Shown piece after piece: positions 8,779 through 17,242 of a stretch of DNA of 50,174 bases (positions are counted from its first letter, which is position 1; every line of letters begins with the position of its first letter). Origin of the DNA: a virus (taxonomy: Duplodnaviria > Caudoviricetes); the IMG/VR virus record IMGVR_UViG_3300027804_000083, positions 1-50,174 of that record. One strand, 5' to 3'. Made by a program: the position numbers and the translations under genes. A model generated the notes under the pieces. The model ran no database searches. It was given only the letters and a program-made list of their open reading frames with translations, and was not told the origin of the DNA.

Positions 8779-10230
8779 ATGGAATATTTTTTGGAGCAGT
8801 ACCCATTCAAGAACAAGCCGTACCTGCATCAAGCAGCGTACCTGCAACGCTTCTGGGAAAACCCCGAGGCTGCGCTGTTCGCCGACATGGGCACAGGCAA
8901 GTCATTCATGCTCATCAACAACGCTGCGATGCTCTACGACAAGGGCAAGATCAACGCGATGCTGGTGATAGCACCGAAGGGCGTCTATCGCAACTGGTAC
9001 ACAGGGCAAATCCCTGAGCACATGCCTGCACACATCACCTACACGATGGCGTGCTGGTCACCCACGCCACGCAAGGCGGAGCGAGAGGAGATGGACCGCA
9101 TGCTCAATGCGGTGGACACTCTGCGCATCCTGGTGATGAACATCGAGGCGTTCAGCACCGAGAAGGGCGTCAACTTTGCCAAGACCTTCCTGCGGGTCAC
9201 CGATGCCTACATGGCCATCGATGAGAGCACCACCATCAAGACTCCGAATGCCAAGCGCACGAAGAGCGTGATCAAGGTGGGCAAGGAAGCGCGGTATCGT
9301 CGCATCGCCACAGGCTCACCGGTGACCAAGTCACCCCTGGACCTCTACAGCCAGTGCGAGTTCTTGTCGCCTACGTGTCTCAACTACTTCAGCTACTTCG
9401 CCTTCCAGGCGCGGTACGCGATCCTCGTTGAGCGCAAGCTGCCGACCCACACGTTCAAACAGATCGTTGGCTACCGCCACCTGGACGAGCTGCAGAAGAA
9501 GCTCAACAGCTTCAGCTTCCGCGTGACCAAAGACGAGTGCCTGGACCTCCCCGACAAGGTGTTCACGCGTCGAGAGATCGAGCTCACCGATGAGCAGCGC
9601 AAGGCATACGACCAGATGAAGCTCATGGCTCTGACCTTGATCGACGGCAACCTCATGTCCACCAACAACGCCCTGACCCAGATCATGCGTCTGCATCAGA
9701 TCGTCTGCGGCCACGTGAAGTATGACGACGGCAGGCAGGAGGACATCCCCAGCAACCGAGTCAAGGAGCTGCTGTCCACAGTCGAGGAATGCACTGGCAA
9801 GATCATCATCTGGGCCAACTACCGCCGCGACATCGAGAACATCAAGAAGGCGCTGGCCGAGGCTCACGGCATGACCACAGTGGCCACCTACTACGGCGAC
9901 ACCGAAGCAGAGGAGCGGCAGGAAATCGTCAACAAGTTTCAGGACCCCAACAGCGAGCTGCGCTTCTTCGTTGGCAACCCCCGCACCGGGGGCTACGGCC
10001 TGACCTTGACGGCTGCGCACACCGTGATCTACTACAGCAACAACTTCGACCTGGAAGTGCGGCTGCAGAGTGAGGACCGCGCTCACCGCATCGGGCAAAC
10101 CAACAAGGTGACCTACATAGACTTCATTAGCCCAGGCACTGTGGACGAGCACATCGTCAAGGCTCTGCGCAACAAGATCAACATCGCCTCGCAGGTGCTG
10201 GGCGAAGACCTCAAGGATTGGATCAAATAA
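8779..10230 (+). CDS. SNF2-like superfamily 2 helicase
   Basis: FADMGTGKS, IDEST, ATGSP, GGYGLTL, QSEDRAHRIGQ. Confidence 0.93.
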   Translation: MEYFLEQYPFKNKPYLHQAAYLQRFWENPEAALFADMGTGKSFMLINNAAMLYDKGKINAMLVIAPKGVYRNWYTGQIPEHMPAHITYTMACWSPTPRKAEREEMDRMLNAVDTLRILVMNIEAFSTEKGVNFAKTFLRVTDAYMAIDESTTIKTPNAKRTKSVIKVGKEARYRRIATGSPVTKSPLDLYSQCEFLSPTCLNYFSYFAFQARYAILVERKLPTHTFKQIVGYRHLDELQKKLNSFSFRVTKDECLDLPDKVFTRREIELTDEQRKAYDQMKLMALTLIDGNLMSTNNALTQIMRLHQIVCGHVKYDDGRQEDIPSNRVKELLSTVEECTGKIIIWANYRRDIENIKKALAEAHGMTTVATYYGDTEAEERQEIVNKFQDPNSELRFFVGNPRTGGYGLTLTAAHTVIYYSNNFDLEVRLQSEDRAHRIGQTNKVTYIDFISPGTVDEHIVKALRNKINIASQVLGEDLKDWIK

Positions 10231-10952
10231 TGCAACTCGTACCCTTCCACCGCCGCTACGTCTACGAGCGCCTTCACCGCATCGATAGGGCCTCGGGCCG
10301 CGTTTATCAGTCCGTGAACGTAGACATCCCGATGCCAAGCGTCACCACCATCTTGGACAGCACCAAGGACAAGTCTAGTCTGAAGGATTGGGAAGAGCGG
10401 GTGGGCAAGGAGCAGGCAGACAAGATCAGGAATGACGCTGCAACAGTCGGCACGCACATGCACAACGTCATTGAGCGGCTCCTCCTGAATCGACCGCTGG
10501 AGGTGCCCCGCACGTGGCTGCATGTCAAGGGCTACCGCATGGGGCATCAGCTCATCGAGCACTTCTTTCCGCATGTGGATGAGGTCTGGGGCACAGAGGT
10601 GTCGCTGTACGTCCCTGGCGCTTACGCAGGCACGTCCGACTGCGTTGGGGTCTACAAGGGCAAGCCATGCATCATCGACTTCAAGCAGACCAACAAGCCG
10701 AAGAAGCGGGAGTGGATTGAGGACTACTTCATGCAGCTCGCCGCTTACTCCGAAGCGCATGACAACCGCCACGGCACGAAGATCGACAACGGCGTCATCA
10801 TGATGATGTGCCAGGACGGAACGCCCCAGGAGTTTGTCACCGCTGGGCGTGAGTTCGATCAGTACAAGGACATGTGGTGGCGGCGCGTAGAGCAACACCA
10901 AAAAAAGAGCCAGGACCCTGTGGACCCTGGCTCAAGTGCCTCTCCTGACTGA
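10230..10952 (+). CDS. PD-(D/E)XK exonuclease (MGME1/RecB-nuclease-like)
   Basis: PSVTTIL, GTHMH, YAGTSD, IIDFKQ, QLAAY; start moved to ATG 10230 (TAATG coupling). Confidence 0.88.
   Translation: MQLVPFHRRYVYERLHRIDRASGRVYQSVNVDIPMPSVTTILDSTKDKSSLKDWEERVGKEQADKIRNDAATVGTHMHNVIERLLLNRPLEVPRTWLHVKGYRMGHQLIEHFFPHVDEVWGTEVSLYVPGAYAGTSDCVGVYKGKPCIIDFKQTNKPKKREWIEDYFMQLAAYSEAHDNRHGTKIDNGVIMMMCQDGTPQEFVTAGREFDQYKDMWWRRVEQHQKKSQDPVDPGSSASPD
10900..10933 (-). terminator. intrinsic terminator of the minus-strand late unit
   Basis: Minus strand GAGCCAGG-11 nt-CCTGGCTC followed by T7, about 40 nt after the last minus-strand gene. Confidence 0.8.
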
Positions 10953-10973
10953 AGTGGAAGGCAACTGCAACTT

Positions 10974-11135
10974 TTACTTGCGCTTGGCGGCGCGGATGTT
11001 GTCTACCATGTTGGGGTAGGGGCGGCCAGCTTTCTTGGCTGCCGCCTTTGCTGCCGCCTTCTTGGCAGGGCTGAGCTTTTTGGGTGCTCCGAGGGCCTTG
11101 GGTCTCGGTTTGTCCCACACGGGTTTTGTTGCCAT
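10974..11135 (-). CDS. small Lys/Ala-rich basic protein, 53 aa (not in ORF track)
   Basis: AGGAG RBS; MATKPVWDKPRPKALGAPKKLSPAKKAAAKAAAKKAGRPYPNMVDNIRAAKRK. Confidence 0.8.
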   Translation of the reverse strand: MATKPVWDKPRPKALGAPKKLSPAKKAAAKAAAKKAGRPYPNMVDNIRAAKRK

Positions 11136-11144
11136 ATCAATCTC

Positions 11145-11621
11145 CTATGAGTTAAACAATGCAAGCTCGTCGCGGCGTCGGTTCTGCAGGCCTTTGAGTA
11201 TTTTCCCACCGGCCATGCAATACTTCATCAGTTCCTGACCAGCGCCTTCTTTATCGCCGCGATTGAGCTTCTGACGAAGCGTCGAACGCTGGAGTGTTCC
11301 CAGACCGACGTTAAAACTAAAACTGACAAGACCGTCAAACATACCTTGGGTGAGAGGTACTGAAATGTACTGACCCACTCCACGTTCAAACCGGCTAAGG
11401 TCACTTCTGAGAATCCCATCAACTTCATCCATCGTAAATACCCGGTCATCCTCCGGGCGCAGGGGGACCGACATCCGGTCCTCTAATTTTAGTTTGCCTT
11501 GCTCAGGGTACAGCACATGCCCGACCCCGATTGTCCAGAGCTTTGCCGGACAACGATATGCCTTCTGCCGCACCCCCTCGTGATGCATGATCATCTTGAT
11601 GGCTTTGGGGCTGACGTTCAT
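11145..11621 (-). CDS. endolysin, GH24 phage lysozyme
   Basis: EGVRQKAYRCPAKLWTIGVGH (E-x8-C-x5-T), FDGLVSFSFNVG, GLQNRRRDE. Confidence 0.95.
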   Translation of the reverse strand: MNVSPKAIKMIMHHEGVRQKAYRCPAKLWTIGVGHVLYPEQGKLKLEDRMSVPLRPEDDRVFTMDEVDGILRSDLSRFERGVGQYISVPLTQGMFDGLVSFSFNVGLGTLQRSTLRQKLNRGDKEGAGQELMKYCMAGGKILKGLQNRRRDELALFNS

Positions 11622-12133
11622 TTGCCGAATGCCCGACCGCCGAAGTGGAATGCAATGATGCTGGCGAACAGTGCTTGGGTGTCATCATCCCAAAGCTGTG
11701 CGGCCATGTCGGCAAACGAGACGTTGTTCGTAAAGCCGTGCCAAATCAAGGCGCAATCAATGCCGACCAGCAAAAAGAAAAAGCCGTAGGTGATGACGGG
11801 GCGCACACTGGCCCGCAGGTTTTTCATCCACTGGCTGGTGCCCTCGTTGAGCGACGTGTCGTGGGCGTAGATGGCTTGCATCTCGGCTTGTTGGGCGGCA
11901 ACCAGAGATTGCTTCTCCGCTGACTTGGTCTCGATCTCAAGCTGCTGCGTATGGATGTTCTCCACCCGCTCTTGGGCCTCAAACCCCATTTTGCGCATCT
12001 CCAATTCCCGGGCGATCTGCATCTGGGCTAGTTCCAGCTCGTGCTTCTTGTCCGACCGGTCTTGAAAGAAGTCCAAAATCTTGGGCAAGCCGCCCATCAG
12101 GAACGAAATCAGGGTGGAGAACAGTGTCAGCAT
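11618..12133 (-). CDS. holin, GTA 3-TM holin family
   Basis: N-terminal hydrophobic helix, D-K-K-H-E-L coiled coil, W...SVRPVITY, two C-terminal TMs, FHFGGR; coupled to lysozyme. Confidence 0.75.
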   Translation of the reverse strand: MLTLFSTLISFLMGGLPKILDFFQDRSDKKHELELAQMQIARELEMRKMGFEAQERVENIHTQQLEIETKSAEKQSLVAAQQAEMQAIYAHDTSLNEGTSQWMKNLRASVRPVITYGFFFLLVGIDCALIWHGFTNNVSFADMAAQLWDDDTQALFASIIAFHFGGRAFGK

Positions 12134-12747
12134 TAGTAACTCTTTTTAGTTAACATTGAAGAAGCAATAGCCATAAGGGACTGGATGTCCTCTATGCTTT
12201 CAGGTCGATCTTTGAACCCGACGGTAATTTGACCGATGAAACGTGTTGCGTCCGGTGGTACAGAGATTCGACAGCCGTAGGTGACGCCAACCTCGACGTA
12301 CCACAGGCCGATTTCGCTTTGTGGCTTGTGGTAGTCACCACACGGCGTTTCTCCTGCCATGAGCTTAACAACGTCTGCGTTATTGCCGGGGTTTTGGGTA
12401 AAGAGACCAACATCGATGCCCTCCAGTCTTTTGTCTCGTCCATCCTTGGTATATGCCCGGTACAGGACGCGAGTGCCGAACAACGGATTCACCTTAAATA
12501 TAGCCACGGTCTGAGCGCCGCCGTACTTGATTAGCACTGCCGCAGCATCCTCAACCCGGGACTCGTTGATCGTCGGGAGCTTCTGGCTTTCTTTGTAGGC
12601 ACCCACCAACAGCTCTTGGTTGGCGTAGACAAACCACGCACAAAAACCAAACACAAACATAATGAGCAGCGCAATAAGTTTAAACGGACTATCCACATAC
12701 GACAATATGCGGTCTAGTACGCCCAGCGCTTTGTCCTTTTCGCTCAC
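12133..12747 (-). CDS. single-TM protein with GAF-like C-terminal domain, T4 gpT holin-like
   Basis: GVLDRIL amphipathic helix, one TM, soluble domain ending FIGQITVGF + helix; colinear with T4 T as recalled; GTG 12747 overlaps upstream stop. Confidence 0.6.
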   Translation of the reverse strand: MSEKDKALGVLDRILSYVDSPFKLIALLIMFVFGFCAWFVYANQELLVGAYKESQKLPTINESRVEDAAAVLIKYGGAQTVAIFKVNPLFGTRVLYRAYTKDGRDKRLEGIDVGLFTQNPGNNADVVKLMAGETPCGDYHKPQSEIGLWYVEVGVTYGCRISVPPDATRFIGQITVGFKDRPESIEDIQSLMAIASSMLTKKSY

Positions 12748-13031
12748 CTGTCGCACCTTTCAATCAGTTGTCGGTACTTGCCAATCTTCTGCGTGATCCG
12801 TTCGTTCTCCAGCCTGAGCTTGTGCATATCGATGTACATGAACATCATCACCGGCAACATGATTGCGAACAAAAACGCCATGATCGTCATACCAACCAAA
12901 CCCCCAATCGACCCTTCTGGTGCAACATCACTGACCAGATTAGAGCGACTAGATATGCCAGCATTACCAGAACGATTACCACCTCCAAGGCCACCTCTTG
13001 CATTTGATCTAGTTTGACCCTGCGTTGCCAT
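12744..13031 (-). CDS. small membrane protein of the lysis region (alternative start 12890)
   Basis: TM IMAFLFAIMLPVMMFMYI followed by basic coiled coil ending ERCDR. Confidence 0.6.
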   Translation of the reverse strand: MATQGQTRSNARGGLGGGNRSGNAGISSRSNLVSDVAPEGSIGGLVGMTIMAFLFAIMLPVMMFMYIDMHKLRLENERITQKIGKYRQLIERCDR

Positions 13032-13441
13032 TCCAGTTCCCTTTGCATCTGTTCGGCTAGTTCCATCTCCCGTTCGTGTTCCTGCTCCAACCGGAACAGC
13101 GTCTGCTCAAAGTCTGCCCAAAATCCTCCAGGCAACCCCAGCTCATAGATGATCATGTTTCGCAACTGTTCGTACTGTTGCTTCAGCTCCATCTTGCGAG
13201 CCACCTCCTCAAACGCCAGAACCTGCAAGGACTTATCCTTGGGTGGGTTCTTTTTGACCTCCAGCTCCGCTTTTTTCAGCGTCTGCGTATGCTCTAGCAC
13301 CTTACCAACATGCTGCGTGACCTGACTGGTCAGATCAGCTACTTCTTTCCCAGCTGCCTGAGCTTCCTTGACCAAAGCACAAAGTTTGCGAACGCCTGAG
13401 ATAGCGCCGCTGACCATCGTGAAAGCGGTGACGGGATCCAC
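12887..13441 (-). CDS. coiled-coil protein with C-terminal TM
   Basis: GTG start, MDPVT N-terminus, helical body, TM VVIVLVMLAYLVALIWSVML. Confidence 0.75.
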   Translation of the reverse strand: MDPVTAFTMVSGAISGVRKLCALVKEAQAAGKEVADLTSQVTQHVGKVLEHTQTLKKAELEVKKNPPKDKSLQVLAFEEVARKMELKQQYEQLRNMIIYELGLPGGFWADFEQTLFRLEQEHEREMELAEQMQRELEWQRRVKLDQMQEVALEVVIVLVMLAYLVALIWSVMLHQKGRLGVWLV

Positions 13442-13445
13442 ATGG

Positions 13446-13817
13446 TTATCTCAAGTGGCGCAGCTTGTACAGCGTGCTCAGGAAGGTCTCAATTGCGGTA
13501 TCAATTAGGTTCTGGATCGGCGTGTCCTTCTTGTCCACGGCGTCATAGCGAATCTTTTCGATGTCGTCCAGTAGCTGCTCCAATACCTTGATCGGGTCCT
13601 CTTCCTTGACCATGGGCAGATACGGGATGTCAATAATGTCGTGGCGGCCCTGATAGGCTTCGACTATCGCATCCGCGTTGTCGATAATTTCTGTGTAAAA
13701 CTCGCCCAGTGCGGAGTGTTTGGCAAAGCTCCCGGCACCCGTGACACGCAGGTGCTCCCGGTGCGCATACTCACGCGCCAGGAACATCGTGCCAATCATG
13801 CGTCCAATCATTTCCAT
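13446..13817 (-). CDS. ferritin/Dps-like four-helix protein (DUF5856-like)
   Basis: H-x2-H...SFAKHSALGEFY...D-x3-E-AYQG; C-terminal LYKL; GGAG RBS. Confidence 0.65.
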   Translation of the reverse strand: MEMIGRMIGTMFLAREYAHREHLRVTGAGSFAKHSALGEFYTEIIDNADAIVEAYQGRHDIIDIPYLPMVKEEDPIKVLEQLLDDIEKIRYDAVDKKDTPIQNLIDTAIETFLSTLYKLRHLR

Positions 13818-13831
13818 TGCTTACTCCGTTC

Positions 13832-16800
13832 TTACTGCTGCGGCTTTTGGGCCATGAGTTGCCGTTGTTGCAGCAACGCACTGATAGGATCGTTCGGGAA
13901 CATGGCTGGATACATCAAGGGCACCTGCCCCATGCCACTGCCCTGCTGGACCTGGGGAGTGGTCGGCATGCGTGGGTTGAAGTTTGTGCCACGGGTAGGC
14001 GGTGCCGGGGGCAACTGACGCAGCATCTGGCTGGCGCTTGTTCCACGTGAAACAGGCAGGCCCTCCATGCCCGCCACCGGGGACTTCTTCCCCTCCTGCA
14101 TGATGTCTCCTGCCTCTTGTGCCGCACCACGAAGGGGGGCCATCGTAGCGTTGGTGATTACCGACTTTGGAATGCCAATGCTTTCCAGCGCCTTGGTCAC
14201 CTTCTTGGCGTCCGCAGGGGTGCTGATGTGAGTGACCTGCTTGGCGAACTCTTCGCTCTCCAGCGCCCGGGTAAAGATGCGCTTGTACAGCTGGTTCTCC
14301 AAGCTGCCCGTCATACGCACCAGCAGGGCCAGGGCCCCCGTTTCAGGGGAAATGCGACCGACCATTGCTTCACGGGCCGTGGTCGTCAGGAATTGAATAC
14401 CGGTGCCAAAGGTGCGGCGCAGCGCCTCGTCCATCGACTCAAACGCCGGAATCTGGCCTGTCACATTAGCAAATGCATTCACCCGACGCTGAAGATCAGC
14501 CAGGGTCTTCAAGTTGTCCAGATGCTCGGTCCCGCCAAACAACACCTTCAACGCCCGCTCGTTGTTGTCCAGGAACGCCCTCAGGCCCCCGCCGCCCTGA
14601 GCGCCCTGCGTGGCAATGTCGTACACCGAACGGCGCAGAGCATCCACCATCTCGGGATTCGGGCTCATGGCATCCACCAGCTTGCGCATGATGGCGGGAT
14701 CCCTCAATGCATCCTGGAGCACGAGACGCGGGTCAGCCTCGGGGCGCACGGCCTTGGCCAGCACCCGGTCCAGTTCGTTATCCTGGGCAGCCAGAGTACG
14801 CTGGTCCAGTTCCCCCAGACGCTTGACATAGTCGTCGGCCAAGGCCACTTCGTCGTTGAGCTTGGCTTTGATGTTGTCAGGCAGGGCGTCAACAATGTTG
14901 CGGTTCTTGTCCAGCACCGAGCGCAGCATCTTGGGGTCCACAATGCCGTCCTTGTTGACGACATTCTTGGAACGCAGCCAATCAATCGTGCCCTTCATCA
15001 ACAGGTCAGAAGACTGCTGATCGGGGCCAAGGATGGCGGACACGCTCCGCAGGCTTTCGACGTTCTTGAATGCGTTGCGCAGCAGGTCCTCGTTAGGTAG
15101 CAAGTACTCACGACCACCGCGCTTGACCTGGGTCATCAGCAGAGGCAACGTGCTGTCATAGACGCTCTTGTAGTCGTCGATGAGGGTCTTCATCGCCTCG
15201 TACTCGCCCTTGAGCCGTGGTGCGTGGCCCAGGACCAGCTTCTCAACATCCCGGAACACCGCATCGCCGGTATCCATGATGCGTTGAGCGTCCGTTTGGC
15301 GCACCCGGTTGTTTCCGAGCATTGCGGCGTTGTACTTATTCAGCGAGTCGTTGCGGAATCGCTGAGCAGCGGTCAGGTAGTCCAGCGCCTCAGGAGTGTT
15401 CAGGTCAATCTTGGTGCTGTCAGAAGCGATGCGAGCAGCATCCTCACGCAGCTGTGCGGGATTGATTACGATCTTGCGACCAGGAATGATGGAGGGAACA
15501 GAAATGTTGCCCTGTGCATCGGGTTTCGGAGCCAGTTCCGCGAGCCCCGGTGTGCGCTTGCCGCCACGAGGTTTTTCACCTTTGACCAGCGTCATCACAG
15601 AGTCGCGCAACGCGGTCATGACCTCGGGGTCCAGCTCTCGTCCCATTGCTCCGATCTGCTGCGCCAACGCATCATCAACAAGACCGGTCAGGGCTTGCCC
15701 TTCCAAACGCTCACGCTGACGCAACTGCCCCTGAACAAAGTTGTCTAGGAGACGAATTGGCTCAGGCATCGGCGTGCGCAGAGACGGGCGCTCGACCTTG
15801 TACTTCTTGATTAGCTCAAGCACGGCTTGTTCCATGTCCTGCGACTGGAACAACGATTTCCCATCTTCCCGGGTAGGCAGCGGAGTTCCATCAGGAGCGG
15901 TGGCTTGTTTGAGTCCCATGCGTGACAGTACGTTCTGCCGCATGCTGTTATCCGCTTCCATGCGAGCTTGGATCACGCCGCGCAACTCATTGTTGAGCAT
16001 GTCCAGGTTCTGTGGTCCGAGGCGCTCGGCCACTGCCAAAACCTCAGCGTCAGTCATGTCCTTCTTCTGGCGTAGCAAGCCTTCAAAGAAGGCCAAGCGG
16101 TCTGCCTGTGCTGCCTGGAACGCGGTCATGGCTTCTTGGCGAGCCTGCGGGGCTAGACTAGAGAACAGATTGCTCAGTGCTTCCTGATTCTGGTTGATGC
16201 GTTGTTTGACACTTTCCAGTTCCTTGGGACCTAGTTGCTCGAGCAGCTTCAGCTTTTCCTGCACCAGCGGCGCGTACATCGTCTTCTCAGCCGCATCGAA
16301 CACGAAGCCTGCTTCAGCAAAGCGCGGATCAGCCATGGCTTTTTCCAAGGCCATCAACGCTTCTTGTGCTTCCTTGCTTTCAGCAATGGGGCCAAACACC
16401 TGAGTCAGTTTCTTCTCGGCGTTTTTAATCAACATCTTGGGAACGATGTTGACCAGTGGCAGCCTCCAGCCTGCCGGAGCAGCACCCAAGACTTCTTTTT
16501 CAATGTCGCTCAGGTTTGCATTCGGCCCAGTCATCTGTTCCTTGGTCCACGCAGCGGCCTTTGCGGTAGGCGACAAGTTGAGCAGTTTCTTGCCCGCGCC
16601 CATACTGCCAGACAGGGCTAACGGCACGCCGATAAAAGCAGCGGTGGGCAGCAGTTCTTTGTATATCGCCTTGCTTGGATTGGCATCATCCACGTTTTCT
16701 TCTACGGCCTGACGCAGGGCTTCCCAGCCTGCACCAAACGCCACATCCATCGCCGCCGCTTTGGCAGGGCTCTTCTGGATAAATTTGATGGTGTCGTCAG

Positions 16801-17242
16801 CGATGCCGCGCAAGATGCCTGCCGCAGGCTGTGCCGCAGTGACCATGGGCCGTGTTGCAGCCATGTAGCCCAGCACACCAGTGACAGGTAGTGCGTTGCC
16901 AACGCCTTCACCGATTGCACGTGCGTAGCGCTCCCCTGAGTTCTTAGGAGCCACTTCGCCACGGTTGAAGAACTTCGTAAACTGGAAAACCTGATTCTCA
17001 TCCAGGCCCAGGCCCCGCCCAATGACTCGTTGCGCGGCATCCGGCAGAGAAAAAAGTGCAGAGTTAAACCCCCAGGAGGCGTTGTTGATTAAGCCTTTGA
17101 CCTTGTCCGCGCCTTCGGTGATTTGCTCTGGAGCACCGGCTTTGCGGGGTTCAACGGCGGTAGGCGCACCTTCGGCACGCCCAACAATCTCGCCAGTGGT
17201 CATATCGACCAGCTGGCCCTGGGTGTTCATGATCGTAGGCAT
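13832..17242 (-). CDS. large internal virion (ejection) protein
   Basis: 1136 aa, helical, hydrophobic N-terminal segments, last of four large genes after the tail genes. Confidence 0.6.
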   Translation of the reverse strand: MPTIMNTQGQLVDMTTGEIVGRAEGAPTAVEPRKAGAPEQITEGADKVKGLINNASWGFNSALFSLPDAAQRVIGRGLGLDENQVFQFTKFFNRGEVAPKNSGERYARAIGEGVGNALPVTGVLGYMAATRPMVTAAQPAAGILRGIADDTIKFIQKSPAKAAAMDVAFGAGWEALRQAVEENVDDANPSKAIYKELLPTAAFIGVPLALSGSMGAGKKLLNLSPTAKAAAWTKEQMTGPNANLSDIEKEVLGAAPAGWRLPLVNIVPKMLIKNAEKKLTQVFGPIAESKEAQEALMALEKAMADPRFAEAGFVFDAAEKTMYAPLVQEKLKLLEQLGPKELESVKQRINQNQEALSNLFSSLAPQARQEAMTAFQAAQADRLAFFEGLLRQKKDMTDAEVLAVAERLGPQNLDMLNNELRGVIQARMEADNSMRQNVLSRMGLKQATAPDGTPLPTREDGKSLFQSQDMEQAVLELIKKYKVERPSLRTPMPEPIRLLDNFVQGQLRQRERLEGQALTGLVDDALAQQIGAMGRELDPEVMTALRDSVMTLVKGEKPRGGKRTPGLAELAPKPDAQGNISVPSIIPGRKIVINPAQLREDAARIASDSTKIDLNTPEALDYLTAAQRFRNDSLNKYNAAMLGNNRVRQTDAQRIMDTGDAVFRDVEKLVLGHAPRLKGEYEAMKTLIDDYKSVYDSTLPLLMTQVKRGGREYLLPNEDLLRNAFKNVESLRSVSAILGPDQQSSDLLMKGTIDWLRSKNVVNKDGIVDPKMLRSVLDKNRNIVDALPDNIKAKLNDEVALADDYVKRLGELDQRTLAAQDNELDRVLAKAVRPEADPRLVLQDALRDPAIMRKLVDAMSPNPEMVDALRRSVYDIATQGAQGGGGLRAFLDNNERALKVLFGGTEHLDNLKTLADLQRRVNAFANVTGQIPAFESMDEALRRTFGTGIQFLTTTAREAMVGRISPETGALALLVRMTGSLENQLYKRIFTRALESEEFAKQVTHISTPADAKKVTKALESIGIPKSVITNATMAPLRGAAQEAGDIMQEGKKSPVAGMEGLPVSRGTSASQMLRQLPPAPPTRGTNFNPRMPTTPQVQQGSGMGQVPLMYPAMFPNDPISALLQQRQLMAQKPQQ

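Noticed and set aside
9331-10901. 335-aa and 262-aa minus-strand ORFs
   Set aside because: Antisense shadows of the SNF2 helicase and exonuclease, beyond the late terminator
11145-13441. Rz/Rz1 spanin pair
   Set aside because: No lipobox-bearing ORF recognised; the overlapping TM genes lack i-/o-spanin architecture
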